32,000 bases of DNA. Source: Raphidiopsis brookii D9 (lineage in GTDB: Bacteria; Cyanobacteriota; Cyanobacteriia; Cyanobacteriales; Nostocaceae). Positions 18,628-28,297 of the stretch are shown one piece after another. Each line of letters begins with the position of its first letter. The first letter of the stretch is position 1. A program made the position numbers and the translations under genes. The DNA is taken from positions 30,001 through 62,000 of the forward strand of contig ACYB01000021.1 in assembly GCA_000175855.1 (NCBI GenBank), in the 5' to 3' direction. Below the pieces are notes generated by a model. The model was not told the origin of the DNA. It worked only from the letters and a program-made list of their open reading frames with translations, and did not search any database.

Positions 18628-20011
18628 AAAAACCTATTTGACTATGGGCACTGGCGATCGCTTGTCTAACTTGCTCAAAACCAGTGCCACCATAACTATT
18701 ACGTGCAGCTACTACCTGACGTGGGGAAATAGCTTCATAGATATCACTGTCAAAGGATGGGTGCACTTGTTGCCATTCTTCTAAGGTTAAATCTTTCAAG
18801 AGTTTACCAGCAGAAATACTAGTTTTAACTACTTTACCAACTATGTTATAAGCTTCTCGGAAGGGTACTCCCCGAGCTGCTAAGTAGTCTGCAACATCAG
18901 TAGCATTAGCAAAGTCCTCTGTCACTGCTGCAGCCAAACGCTCTTGGCGAAACTCCATACCTTCTCTTAATAGAATTGTCATTGCCTGCAAGCAAGACTT
19001 GACCGTATTTACACTATCAAATATACCTTCCTTGTCTTCTTGTAAGTCTTTGTTATAGGCTAGGGGTAGTCCTTTCATAATTACTAACATAGACTGAAGA
19101 TGACCAAAGACCCTACCTGTTTTACCTCTAACTAACTCAGGAACATCCGGGTTTTTCTTTTGTGGCATAATGCTGGAACCGGTGGCACAGCTATCCTTCA
19201 GGTGGATAAAACGGAATTCTTCCGAGGCCCATAGAATTACCTCTTCTGACAAGCGACTGAGGTGCACCATAATTGTACTAGCAGCAGCAAGAAACTCTAT
19301 GGCAAAATCTCGATCACTTACCCCGTCCAAACTATTAGCATAAATACTGTCAAAATTCAATAGCTGTGCGGTGTATTTCCTATCAATAGGGAAGGTAGTA
19401 CCTGCTAGAGCACCACTACCTAAGGGGCAAATATTCACCCGTTTATACACATCCCCTAATCGATCCCAATCTCTTTGTGCCATTTGAAAATAGGCTAGGA
19501 GGTGATGGGCTAAACTTAGGGGTTGGGCCCTTTGCAGGTGGGTGTATCCGGGGATGAGAGTTTCAATATTTTTTTCAGCTAGATTTAGTAATACCTGCTG
19601 GAACTCCCTTAGGTGTTGACGGATTTGTTGGATTTGCTCCCGTAGGTAGAGTCTCGTGTCAGTTCCTACCTGGTCATTACGAGAACGAGCGGTGTGTAGT
19701 TTTTTCCCCACATCACCCACAATTTCCGTAAGTCGTTTTTCCACCGCAAAATGTACGTCCTCCGCATCAATACCGGGTTGGAATTTCCCTTGTCGATATT
19801 CCTGACGTACCTGTTCTAAACCAGTCACTAATTGCTCTGCTTCTTCCGGACTAATGATTTGACTGTGACCCAACATTTTTGCATGGGCTTGGGAACCAGT
19901 AATATCATATTCTAATAGTTCGATGTCAAAAGTAATACTAGCATTAAACCGAGCGATCGCCGGATGCAGTGCGGATTCAAACCTTTGGCTCCAAGTTTGT
20001 TTTGCGGTCAT
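18626..20011 (-). CDS. argH: Argininosuccinate lyase
   Basis: Fumarate-lyase signature [12 protein letters not shown] plus ARSRNDQV and [11 protein letters not shown]-like motifs. Confidence 0.96.
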   Translation of the reverse strand: MTAKQTWSQRFESALHPAIARFNASITFDIELLEYDITGSQAHAKMLGHSQIISPEEAEQLVTGLEQVRQEYRQGKFQPGIDAEDVHFAVEKRLTEIVGDVGKKLHTARSRNDQVGTDTRLYLREQIQQIRQHLREFQQVLLNLAEKNIETLIPGYTHLQRAQPLSLAHHLLAYFQMAQRDWDRLGDVYKRVNICPLGSGALAGTTFPIDRKYTAQLLNFDSIYANSLDGVSDRDFAIEFLAAASTIMVHLSRLSEEVILWASEEFRFIHLKDSCATGSSIMPQKKNPDVPELVRGKTGRVFGHLQSMLVIMKGLPLAYNKDLQEDKEGIFDSVNTVKSCLQAMTILLREGMEFRQERLAAAVTEDFANATDVADYLAARGVPFREAYNIVGKVVKTSISAGKLLKDLTLEEWQQVHPSFDSDIYEAISPRQVVAARNSYGGTGFEQVRQAIASAHSQIGF

Positions 20012-20074
20012 AAAATGAATTTTAGAAAATCTATTGTTTACTGGTTGTTTAGTTGTATTATTGTATTATATGCT

Positions 20075-20857
20075 TTATGTTAGTCCCCTCCCAATTTTCT
20101 GGGCAGTGCGTAGGATTTGACCTGCCAAAACTGCTGCGCCAAATCCATTATCAATATTGACCACTCCCACACCAGCAGCACAAGAGTTCAGCATGGTGAG
20201 TAGGGGTGCCAAACCAGCAAAATTTGCCCCGTAACCAATACTGGTGGGCACGGCAATTATGGGACAATCTGCTAAACCAGCTACCACACTAGGTAGGGCA
20301 CCTTCCATACCTGCTACAACAATTAGGACAGATGCTGAATTGAGCAAATGACGATTATTTAGTAAGCGGTGAATTCCTGCTACACCCACATCCCAGAGAC
20401 GCTGGACTCTAAAACCATATAGCTCAGCAGTTATAGCAGCTTCTTCAGCTACGGGTAAGTCCGCAGTACCAGCGGAAAGTATTCCTATTTCTCCGGGAAA
20501 TCTCGGTAGGGTTTCGTCGGGAGCAAGGGCACAAATTCTTGCTAGGTCGTAGTATTTTAATCCCCTGACTTTTTTTTGTAGTATGGAATATATCTCAGGA
20601 GTAATTCGGGTAGCCATGACTACGGAAGCGTGTGGACGCATGATTTCTATGATTTGGGCGATTTGGTCGGGGGTTTTACCAGGTCCCCAAATCACTTCTG
20701 GAAACCCCGTTCTTAAATGACGATGGTGGTCAATTTTGGCAAATTCACCTACAGATTCGTATGCTAGATTTTTGAGAGATTCTAGGGCTAGATCAGGACT
20801 AATTTTACCATTAGCTACAGCTTGTAATAGGGATTGCAAATTTTCTGGCTGAGTCAT
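20075..20857 (-). CDS. larB: LarB-type PurE-like carboxylase (nickel-pincer cofactor biosynthesis protein LarB; older annotation 'AIR carboxylase-related')
   Basis: DHHRHLRTGFPEVIWGPGKT followed by a PurE-like domain (VIVVAGMEGALPSVVAGL...PTSIGYG). I prefer the ATG at 20857 (MTQPENLQ), 4 nt after the upstream gene's stop, over the overlapping start at 20905. Confidence 0.78.
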   Translation of the reverse strand: MTQPENLQSLLQAVANGKISPDLALESLKNLAYESVGEFAKIDHHRHLRTGFPEVIWGPGKTPDQIAQIIEIMRPHASVVMATRITPEIYSILQKKVRGLKYYDLARICALAPDETLPRFPGEIGILSAGTADLPVAEEAAITAELYGFRVQRLWDVGVAGIHRLLNNRHLLNSASVLIVVAGMEGALPSVVAGLADCPIIAVPTSIGYGANFAGLAPLLTMLNSCAAGVGVVNIDNGFGAAVLAGQILRTAQKIGRGLT

Positions 20858-20861
20858 TAAT

Positions 20862-22649
20862 CTATTCCCTAATTTTAATTTCATGAATATTCCAGAATGG
20901 ACCACCGAGTGCAGAATATTTAATTCCCGTAAACCGATTGCGCACTGCTACCAAGGAGGTGGAATTTATTAGATAAATAAATGGTAAATACTCCTGAGTT
21001 AATTTTTGACTCTGGGAGTATATTTCTTTCACCTTAGGTTCATCAAATTCCTGGGATCCTTGAATATATAGTTCATGAATTTTCTTTTCCCAGGGTGCTA
21101 CTTGCCATCCTTCTATGGGTTTTTGTCCCGGTTGCGGTTTTTGATTAAACATGTGTAATCCTCCTTCAGGAGACCAAACGTTAGCACCATCATTCGGTTC
21201 TAAACCACCGGTTAAACCTAATAAGGATGCTTCCCAATCTAGAGTGTTAGATAGTTTGTCTAAAAATGTACTCCATGCTAATGGGGTAAAATCAACTTGA
21301 ATGCCAATTTTACTCAGATCTTGTTTGATTTGGGCACCCATTGCTTCCCGGATTTTATTACCAGCGTTGGTGAGCAAACTAAATCTTACCTTGTTTCCTT
21401 GACTATCTTCTAATTGGTTTTGACTGTTGTATTTAAATCCAGCTTCTATCAGTAATTCTTTGGCTTTTTCGGGATTGTAATTATAGACTCTTAATCCCTT
21501 TTCCGGTGGAAGATAGTAAGGACTTTGCACGGAAATCGGGGAATTTTGGGTTTGACCTAAACCACGGTAAATATTATTAATCATGGTTTCCCTATCTACT
21601 GCATAGGCGATCGCTTGACGAAATTTTACTTGATTAAACCATTGGGATTTAATTGGGTCCACTAAGGGTTTGTTATTTCTTTTGCCTTGGTTTAAGTTAA
21701 AGGAAATAAAACTAGTACCAGTAGATGGTCCGCCATTGTAAATTTGGAAGTTTCCTTGTTTTTCCTGGACTTTTAACAATGAGAAATAATCAGGTGTGAC
21801 CGATATGGCATCCAGTCCAGCGGATCTAAATTGGAGCAGAGCTGTATCCGTTGATTCCACAATTTGCCAAATAATCCGTTCAATGTAAGGTTGGGGTTGA
21901 CCCTGGGAATCTTTACGCCAATAGTAGGGGTTACGACGAAAAATGATTCTTTGACTGGTGTCGTAACGTTCTAGTTGGTAGGGACCGTTAACGATGATTT
22001 TTTCCGGAGGAGTGTCCACACCCCAAATACTCAGGAATTTAGGTTTACCATCTTGGTCTTTTGTCACCACTGATTCTTGTAAGATGTGCGCTGGTAATAT
22101 GGCAGCACCTACGCTTTGTAGGAAGGGTCTAAAGGGTTCGGGAACGGTAAATTCTACTCTCCTATTGTCTATTTTTTTTACCTTAGGCAGTTTTCTTTCT
22201 TTACCAATTCTCAAAATATCTCTTATGTCTGTGGGTATCTGTTTGTTTAGGTAAATTTCATTATAAGTGAATACAACATCATCCACGGTAAGGGGTTGAC
22301 CATCAGACCATTTTAAGTTCTCACGCATGGTGAAGGTAATTTTTAGTTTATCCTCGGAAAGTTCCCAGGATTCAGCTAAATTTGGTTCTAGCTCCCCCGT
22401 AAGGGGATTTTGGTTAACTAATCCTTCGTAGGTATAACCAAATATATTGGGAGATTCGGAACTTAAAGCGTAGTTAAAAGTTTTTGGATCACTGAGAATA
22501 CTGGTTACTAATTGGGGCACATCCCTAACATTAGGGTTTTTAAAGTTACTAGGATTGCAACCGGTCAGGGGTGTGGCTATGAAGCAAATTATAATGATAA
22601 ATAATAGGTTTCGTTTTACTGATTTCAGATACTTGTTGACTAAAGACAT
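20862..22649 (-). CDS. ABC-transporter substrate-binding lipoprotein, family 5 (peptide/nickel type)
   Basis: Signal peptide with lipobox (ATPLTGC). Family-5 hallmarks are NPYYWRKD and FRQAIAYAVDRE, and the size is ~590 aa. No permease or ATPase genes are adjacent. Confidence 0.85.
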   Translation of the reverse strand: MSLVNKYLKSVKRNLLFIIIICFIATPLTGCNPSNFKNPNVRDVPQLVTSILSDPKTFNYALSSESPNIFGYTYEGLVNQNPLTGELEPNLAESWELSEDKLKITFTMRENLKWSDGQPLTVDDVVFTYNEIYLNKQIPTDIRDILRIGKERKLPKVKKIDNRRVEFTVPEPFRPFLQSVGAAILPAHILQESVVTKDQDGKPKFLSIWGVDTPPEKIIVNGPYQLERYDTSQRIIFRRNPYYWRKDSQGQPQPYIERIIWQIVESTDTALLQFRSAGLDAISVTPDYFSLLKVQEKQGNFQIYNGGPSTGTSFISFNLNQGKRNNKPLVDPIKSQWFNQVKFRQAIAYAVDRETMINNIYRGLGQTQNSPISVQSPYYLPPEKGLRVYNYNPEKAKELLIEAGFKYNSQNQLEDSQGNKVRFSLLTNAGNKIREAMGAQIKQDLSKIGIQVDFTPLAWSTFLDKLSNTLDWEASLLGLTGGLEPNDGANVWSPEGGLHMFNQKPQPGQKPIEGWQVAPWEKKIHELYIQGSQEFDEPKVKEIYSQSQKLTQEYLPFIYLINSTSLVAVRNRFTGIKYSALGGPFWNIHEIKIRE

Positions 22650-22682
22650 ACTATAACATAATATTAAGGACTAGGTTAAAAA

Positions 22683-23171
22683 CTAGGGATTTGCCACCAA
22701 CAAAACAACCGCATAAGCACAAATACCTTCTTCCCTACCAGTGGGACCCAATTTTTCATTGGTTGTAGCTTTTACCCCAACCTGATGGGGTTGTATTGAT
22801 AAAGTAGATGCTAACTGCTCACGCATTTGATGAATATAGGATTTTAACTTGGGACGTTCAGCTACCACTACAGAATCCACATTGCCCACTTCCCAACCTT
22901 GATTGAGGATGAGACCATGAACCTGTTTTAATAATACTAAACTCTTGGCCCCTTTCCACTGAGGAGCACTAGGGGGAAAATAATGACCAATATCTCCCAA
23001 AGACAGGGCACCCAACATGGCATCCATAATTGCATGGGTTAACACATCAGCATCACTATGTCCTAACAAACCCAATTCATGGGGTATGTGAACACCACCA
23101 AGAATTAATGGGCGATCGCTCACCAATTTGTGAATATCATAGCCATTACCAATTCTGATATTTGTAGTCAT
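22683..23171 (-). CDS. ispF: 2-C-methyl-D-erythritol 2,4-cyclodiphosphate synthase
   Basis: [22 protein letters not shown] and ERPKL motifs. Confidence 0.95.
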   Translation of the reverse strand: MTTNIRIGNGYDIHKLVSDRPLILGGVHIPHELGLLGHSDADVLTHAIMDAMLGALSLGDIGHYFPPSAPQWKGAKSLVLLKQVHGLILNQGWEVGNVDSVVVAERPKLKSYIHQMREQLASTLSIQPHQVGVKATTNEKLGPTGREEGICAYAVVLLVANP

Positions 23172-23202
23172 TGTCAGTTGTGTGGATTTGGTGTTTAGTA
23201 AA

Positions 23203-23940
23203 TTAATCCTCTTTCTCCGTAGGATCTAGAGAATCAGAGCGTTCCTGTTGCCATTTTTCCAGCAGATCAGGACGACGAAAAGCAGTACGTTCAATTTGTT
23301 GTTGAAAGCGCCAGCGAGAAATTTCCGCGTGATTACCGCTAAGTAAAACATCGGGAACCTTCCAACCCCGAAACTCAGCGGGACGGGTATATTGGGGAAA
23401 ATCCAATAAACCCTCTTCAAAACTTTCAGCCTTGAGAGATTCTACTTTACCCACAGTACCCGGTAAAAGACGAACCACACCATTCAATAGGGCCATAGCA
23501 GGGATTTCGCCACCTGTCAGAATAAAATCACCCAAAGACACCTCACGGGTAACTAAATTGAGAACACGCTCATCAACGCCCTCATAATGTCCACAAATGA
23601 CAACTAACTGATCATAGCTAGTAGCCAATTCTTTCAAAAGGGGTTGATTGATAGTTTGTCCCTGGGGACTCATAAGAATGATATCCCGACGAGGTAAAAC
23701 CGGTAGGGACTCAACCGCAGTAAAAATCGGCTCAGGTTTAAGCAACATACCCACACCCCCACCGTAAGGTTCATCATCTACTTTACGATGTTTATCCTTG
23801 GTGAAATCCCTGGGATTAACCAAATAAACCTGAGCAATACCCCTATTTAGAGCCTTCCCTAAAAGACCAGAAGTGAGAATGGAACCGAAACAGTCAGGAA
23901 AAAGTGTAACTATATCAAAACGCACAGTATCAAAACGCAC
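23203..23940 (-). CDS. trmD: tRNA (guanine37-N1)-methyltransferase
   Basis: [29 protein letters not shown] and [11 protein letters not shown] motifs. There are two in-frame GTG starts (23940 and 23925) because a 15-bp tandem duplication spans the start codon. Confidence 0.92.
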   Translation of the reverse strand: MRFDTVRFDIVTLFPDCFGSILTSGLLGKALNRGIAQVYLVNPRDFTKDKHRKVDDEPYGGGVGMLLKPEPIFTAVESLPVLPRRDIILMSPQGQTINQPLLKELATSYDQLVVICGHYEGVDERVLNLVTREVSLGDFILTGGEIPAMALLNGVVRLLPGTVGKVESLKAESFEEGLLDFPQYTRPAEFRGWKVPDVLLSGNHAEISRWRFQQQIERTAFRRPDLLEKWQQERSDSLDPTEKED

Positions 23941-24551
23941 AGTATTCCAGATCAGAAGCAGGTAAAATGACAGTGCAAATTAATTTTGGTCATATTTCCC
24001 TATCAAGTAATCTTTTGATGAGAGCAAGGTTATTATTTCCCCGCACATCTTAGATTATCATGAGAGTTGACTAAAAAGTAAGATAACTACATTTATCATC
24101 TAGTTTATGTTTAAATTTATGTTTAAATAATTATCACGACTCAATTTATAGCCGTAGCCACCCGGGGAGAGGCAAGCTTGAATCTCTAAGGGCCACCCCA
24201 AGTGAAAATGCCCTAAAACATTCTAGGACAATCCAGACCAACCCAAAAGCGATCGCAAACCTGAAAACACCGTAAAATCTATCTTAATTTCAGACAAACA
24301 AATAGAAAGGTAAACGGTGATGGTAATGAGGAAAAGTAACGAACATGACAGAAAATAGGCTTCGTGTGCGTTTAAGGAAAAATTAGGGGGTGAAAATCCT
24401 CGCTCCCAACAATTCTATTAATGTCCTCTAAAAAAAGCAAATGTCGGAAATCAACAGGGTAAGAAACCTGATTAAATGAATTCACTTGCCATTCGTCACC
24501 AACCAACCGTTTAAGGCGAAGGCCACTGAAGTTGTTGAACCAAGAAACACA

Positions 24552-25433
24552 ATGCAGCAATTAAAAGCTAAAACGCTGAAAATGAGGACACCCCAAGCAA
24601 CTAAAACTGCCGTTCTAGTGATCGGAGGCGCAGAGGACAAAGTTCACGGACGTGAAATTCTGAGGACTTTTGTGGCTCGTGCTGGCGCTAGTAAGGCTTA
24701 TATTACAATTGTTCCATCTGCTTCAAGAGAACCAGCCATTATCGGTGGTCGTTACATTCGCTTGTTTGAAGAAATGGGTGCCCAGAAGGTGGAAATTTTG
24801 GACATTCGTGAGCGCGAACAATGTGAAAACCCTCAAATTAAAGCATCTCTAGAAAACTGTACTGGGGTGTTTTTAACCGGGGGCGACCAATTGCGACTCT
24901 GTGGAGTCCTCTCGGATACACCAGCCATGGACTTAATCCGGCAGCGTGTAAGAGCAGGACAATTAACTTTAGCAGGAACAAGTGCAGGAGCAGCCGTTAT
25001 GGGACACCACATGATTGCTGGTGGGGGAAGTGGGGAAACGCCTAACCGTTCTTTAGTAGATATGGCAACAGGGTTGGGATTTATTCCTGAAGTTATTGTC
25101 GATCAGCACTTTCATAATCGAAACCGCATGGGAAGATTAATTAGTGCTATTGCGGCCCATCCAGACCGTCTTGGTATTGGTATTGATGAGGATACTTGTG
25201 CCGTGTTTGAAAGGGATGGGTGGTTGCAAGTGGTGGGCAAGGGTAGTGTGACCATTGTGGATCCCACTGAACTGACTCATACCAATGAGCTCCATGTTGG
25301 TGCAAATGAACCTTTGAACGTTCATAACTTACGCTTACATATTCTTAGTTATGGAGATCAGTTTCACCTGTACCAACGTACTGTTTTACCAGCAGTCCAT
25401 CGTCTTCCTAGTTATGGGGACAATGTGTCTTAA
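24552..25433 (+). CDS. cphB: Cyanophycinase (peptidase S51)
   Basis: VIGGAEDK, FLTGGDQ and the active-site serine motif AGTSAGAAVM. It lies immediately upstream of cphA. I prefer the ATG at 24552 over the TTG at 24486 from the ORF track, but the start is uncertain. Confidence 0.9.
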   Translation: MQQLKAKTLKMRTPQATKTAVLVIGGAEDKVHGREILRTFVARAGASKAYITIVPSASREPAIIGGRYIRLFEEMGAQKVEILDIREREQCENPQIKASLENCTGVFLTGGDQLRLCGVLSDTPAMDLIRQRVRAGQLTLAGTSAGAAVMGHHMIAGGGSGETPNRSLVDMATGLGFIPEVIVDQHFHNRNRMGRLISAIAAHPDRLGIGIDEDTCAVFERDGWLQVVGKGSVTIVDPTELTHTNELHVGANEPLNVHNLRLHILSYGDQFHLYQRTVLPAVHRLPSYGDNVS

Positions 25434-25585
25434 CCCGGTTAAGTTAACCCCCCAGCTATGATTTATCACCAAAAAATGACCCCATTCCTAAGCAAAGGGA
25501 AAAAACGGTTCACCTTGAACAGTTTACCGGTTAACTTGAGTAAGAAACTAAAATTTTGGTTCCGAATCTCCATCTACCTACAGCC

Positions 25586-28240
25586 ATGAGAATCCTCAAG
25601 ATCCAGACCTTACGCGGACCAAATTATTGGAGCATTCGACGCCATAAACTAATCGTCATGCGCCTAGATTTGGAGAACTTAGCAGAAACGCCATCCAATC
25701 AAATTTCAGGCTTTTATGAAGGATTGGTGGAAGCCCTACCCAGCCTGGAAAGTCATTATTGCTCACCAGGCTGTAGAGGCGGCTTTTTGATGCGTGTACG
25801 AGAAGGCACCATGATGGGTCATATCGTAGAACACGTAGCCCTAGAACTCCAGGAATTGGCTGGAATGCAGGTAGGCTTTGGCCGTACTCGTGAAACTGCC
25901 ACCTCGGGGATTTATCAAGTTGTGATTGAGTATCTTAATGAAGAAGCTGGACGTTATGCGTCCCGAGCAGCGGTCAGAGTATGTCAAAGCATTGTTGACA
26001 GAGGTCGCTATCCTAAAGCAGAATTGGAAAAAGATATTCAAGATTTAAAAGAATGTTGGCGAGATGCTTCCCTAGGTCCCTCAACGGAGGCCATAGTTAA
26101 GGAGGCGGAAAGGCGAGGTATTCCTTGGATACCATTATCTGCCAGGTTTTTGATCCAGGTGGGCTATGGTGTCCATCAAAGACGGATGCAAGCCACTATG
26201 ACTGACAACACGGGCATTCTTGGGGTGGAACTGGCTTGCGACAAGGAAGCTACTAAACGCATTCTGGCTAATAGTGGAGTCCCTGTACCCAAGGGCACGG
26301 TAATCAATTTTCTTGACGATTTGGAGGGGTCCATTGAGTATGTTGGCGGTTATCCCATCGTTATTAAACCCCTTGATGGTAATCATGGTCGTGGGATTAC
26401 CATTGATATTAGAAATTGGGATGATGCTGAAGCTGCATATCACTCCGCTAGGCAAGTTTCTCGCTCAATTATCGTAGAACGTTACTATGTGGGGCGTGAC
26501 CACCGGGTTCTGGTCGTAGATGGTAAGGTTGTAGCTGTGGCTGAACGAGTCCCTGCTCATGTGGTTGGTGATGGTAAACTAACTATTGCTGAATTAATTG
26601 AAGAAACTAATAAACATCCTAGTCGCGGCGAAGGACATGACAATGTGCTCACCAGAATTGAACTCGACCATACTAGCTATCAATTATTAGAAAGGCAAGG
26701 TTATACTATTAACACTGTTCTTGGTAAAGGACAGATTTGTTATTTACGAGCTACAGCAAATTTGAGTACAGGTGGCATTGCTGTGGACCGTACGGATGAA
26801 ATTCATCCAGAAAATATCTGGTTAGCCCAAAGGGTAGTAAAAATTATCGGTTTGGATATTGCTGGTTTAGATGTGGTAACCACGGATATTAGTCGCCCTT
26901 TGAGAGAAATGGATGGTGTAATTGTTGAAGTTAATGCTGCCCCTGGTTTTCGGATGCACGTTGCTCCCAGTGTGGGTATCCCCCGCAATGTGGCTGGTGC
27001 GGTGATGGATATGCTGTTTCCCAATGAAAAACCCAGCCGCATTCCCATCGTTAGTGTTACTGGTACTAATGGTAAAACTACTACCACTCGTCTGTTGGCT
27101 CATATTTATAAGCAAACAGGTCAAATTGTGGGTTACACTACTACTGATGGTACTTATATCGGTGATTTCTTGGTGGAAGCTGGAGACAATACTGGTCCCC
27201 AGAGCGCCCATCTCATCCTGCAAGACCCAACGGTGGAGGTGGCCGTGCTGGAATCCGCCCGTGGCGGTATCCTACGCTCTGGTTTGGGCTTCGAGTTTGC
27301 TAATGTGGGCGTGGTTTTAAATGTGGCCGCAGACCATTTAGGCATCGGTGATATTGATACTATTGAACAGTTGGCTAATCTTAAAAGTGTTGTGGCGGAA
27401 GCGGTATTTCCTGATGGGTATGCAGTATTGAATGCTGATGACTATCGGGTAGCTGCTATGGCGGAAAAGACAAAAGCCAATATTGCTTACTTCACTATGA
27501 GTCCCGATTCAGAACTTGTGCAACGGCATATTCAAAAGGGAGGCGTGGCAGCAGTATATGAAAATGGTTATCTATCAATTGTTAAAGGCGATTGGACACA
27601 CCGGATAGAAAAAGCTGAAAGTATACCCTTAACAATGAGTGGTAAAGCACCATTTATGATTGCCAATGCCTTGGCAGCAAGTCTGGCAGCTTTTGTACAA
27701 AATGTCACTATTGAACAGATTCGCGCTGGTTTAAGATCTTTTCGGGCTTCTGTAAGTCAAACACCAGGTAGAATGAACTTGTTTAATTTAGGTAAATACC
27801 ATGCCTTAGTGGATTATGCCCATAATCCCGCCAGCTATCAGGCTTTGGGTTCTTTTGTACGCAATTGGACGAGCGGGCAGCGTATAGGAGTGGTTGGGGG
27901 GCCAGGAGACCGCCGTGATGAGGATTTTGTTACTCTAGGGAAATTAGCAGCTGAGATCTTTGACTACATCATTGTTAAGGAAGACGATGACACCAGAGGA
28001 AGACCTAGGGGATCAGGATCGGATTTGATTATTCAAGGCATCACTCAAACTAAAGCCAATTGTCGTTATGAGTCTATCCTAGACGAGACCCAAGCCATTA
28101 ATAAAGGTTTGGACATGGCTCCGGATGGTAGTTTGGTGGTAATTTTACCGGAAAGTGTTAGTAGGGCTATTCGGTTAATTAAGGTGCGCGGTGTTCAGGA
28201 AGAACCTGTATCACAACCCGCTGTTAATACTCCCGCCTAA
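25586..28240 (+). CDS. cphA: Cyanophycin synthetase
   Basis: Canonical N-terminus MRILKIQTLRGPNYWS, an ATP-grasp middle domain, and a Mur-ligase-like domain with P-loop GTNGKTTT. I prefer the ATG at 25586 over the TTG at 25556. Confidence 0.96.
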   Translation: MRILKIQTLRGPNYWSIRRHKLIVMRLDLENLAETPSNQISGFYEGLVEALPSLESHYCSPGCRGGFLMRVREGTMMGHIVEHVALELQELAGMQVGFGRTRETATSGIYQVVIEYLNEEAGRYASRAAVRVCQSIVDRGRYPKAELEKDIQDLKECWRDASLGPSTEAIVKEAERRGIPWIPLSARFLIQVGYGVHQRRMQATMTDNTGILGVELACDKEATKRILANSGVPVPKGTVINFLDDLEGSIEYVGGYPIVIKPLDGNHGRGITIDIRNWDDAEAAYHSARQVSRSIIVERYYVGRDHRVLVVDGKVVAVAERVPAHVVGDGKLTIAELIEETNKHPSRGEGHDNVLTRIELDHTSYQLLERQGYTINTVLGKGQICYLRATANLSTGGIAVDRTDEIHPENIWLAQRVVKIIGLDIAGLDVVTTDISRPLREMDGVIVEVNAAPGFRMHVAPSVGIPRNVAGAVMDMLFPNEKPSRIPIVSVTGTNGKTTTTRLLAHIYKQTGQIVGYTTTDGTYIGDFLVEAGDNTGPQSAHLILQDPTVEVAVLESARGGILRSGLGFEFANVGVVLNVAADHLGIGDIDTIEQLANLKSVVAEAVFPDGYAVLNADDYRVAAMAEKTKANIAYFTMSPDSELVQRHIQKGGVAAVYENGYLSIVKGDWTHRIEKAESIPLTMSGKAPFMIANALAASLAAFVQNVTIEQIRAGLRSFRASVSQTPGRMNLFNLGKYHALVDYAHNPASYQALGSFVRNWTSGQRIGVVGGPGDRRDEDFVTLGKLAAEIFDYIIVKEDDDTRGRPRGSGSDLIIQGITQTKANCRYESILDETQAINKGLDMAPDGSLVVILPESVSRAIRLIKVRGVQEEPVSQPAVNTPA

Positions 28241-28245
28241 TTTTG

Positions 28246-28287
28246 AGTAGAGACGCGCTAATTCGTCTCTACTTGTCCATTTTGTTG
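28246..28287 (+). terminator. Rho-independent terminator candidate after cphA
   Basis: AGTAGAGACG (28246-28255) pairs with CGTCTCTACT (28264-28273) around an 8-nt loop. It is followed by tgtccattttgttg. Confidence 0.55.
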
Positions 28288-28297
28288 ATGTTAGGAT

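Noticed and set aside
24078-24090. NtcA-like GTAAGATAACTAC upstream of cphB
   Set aside because: The spacing is N7, not the required N8. No other GTA-N8-TAC was found in the cphB upstream region.
24372-24560. 62-aa minus-strand ORF in the cphB upstream region
   Set aside because: It has no ribosome-binding site, overlaps the cphB start and has no recognisable features. It is probably a chance ORF.
25556-25575. tRNA-like T-arm sequence GGTTCCGAATCTCC just upstream of cphA
   Set aside because: The stem and loop lengths do not fit a T-arm, no acceptor or anticodon arms can be drawn, and it sits in the cphA ribosome-binding region.
25841-27345. Several 60-118-aa ORFs antisense to or out of frame within cphA
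   Set aside because: They lie inside a strongly supported 884-aa cyanophycin synthetase gene and have no independent signals.
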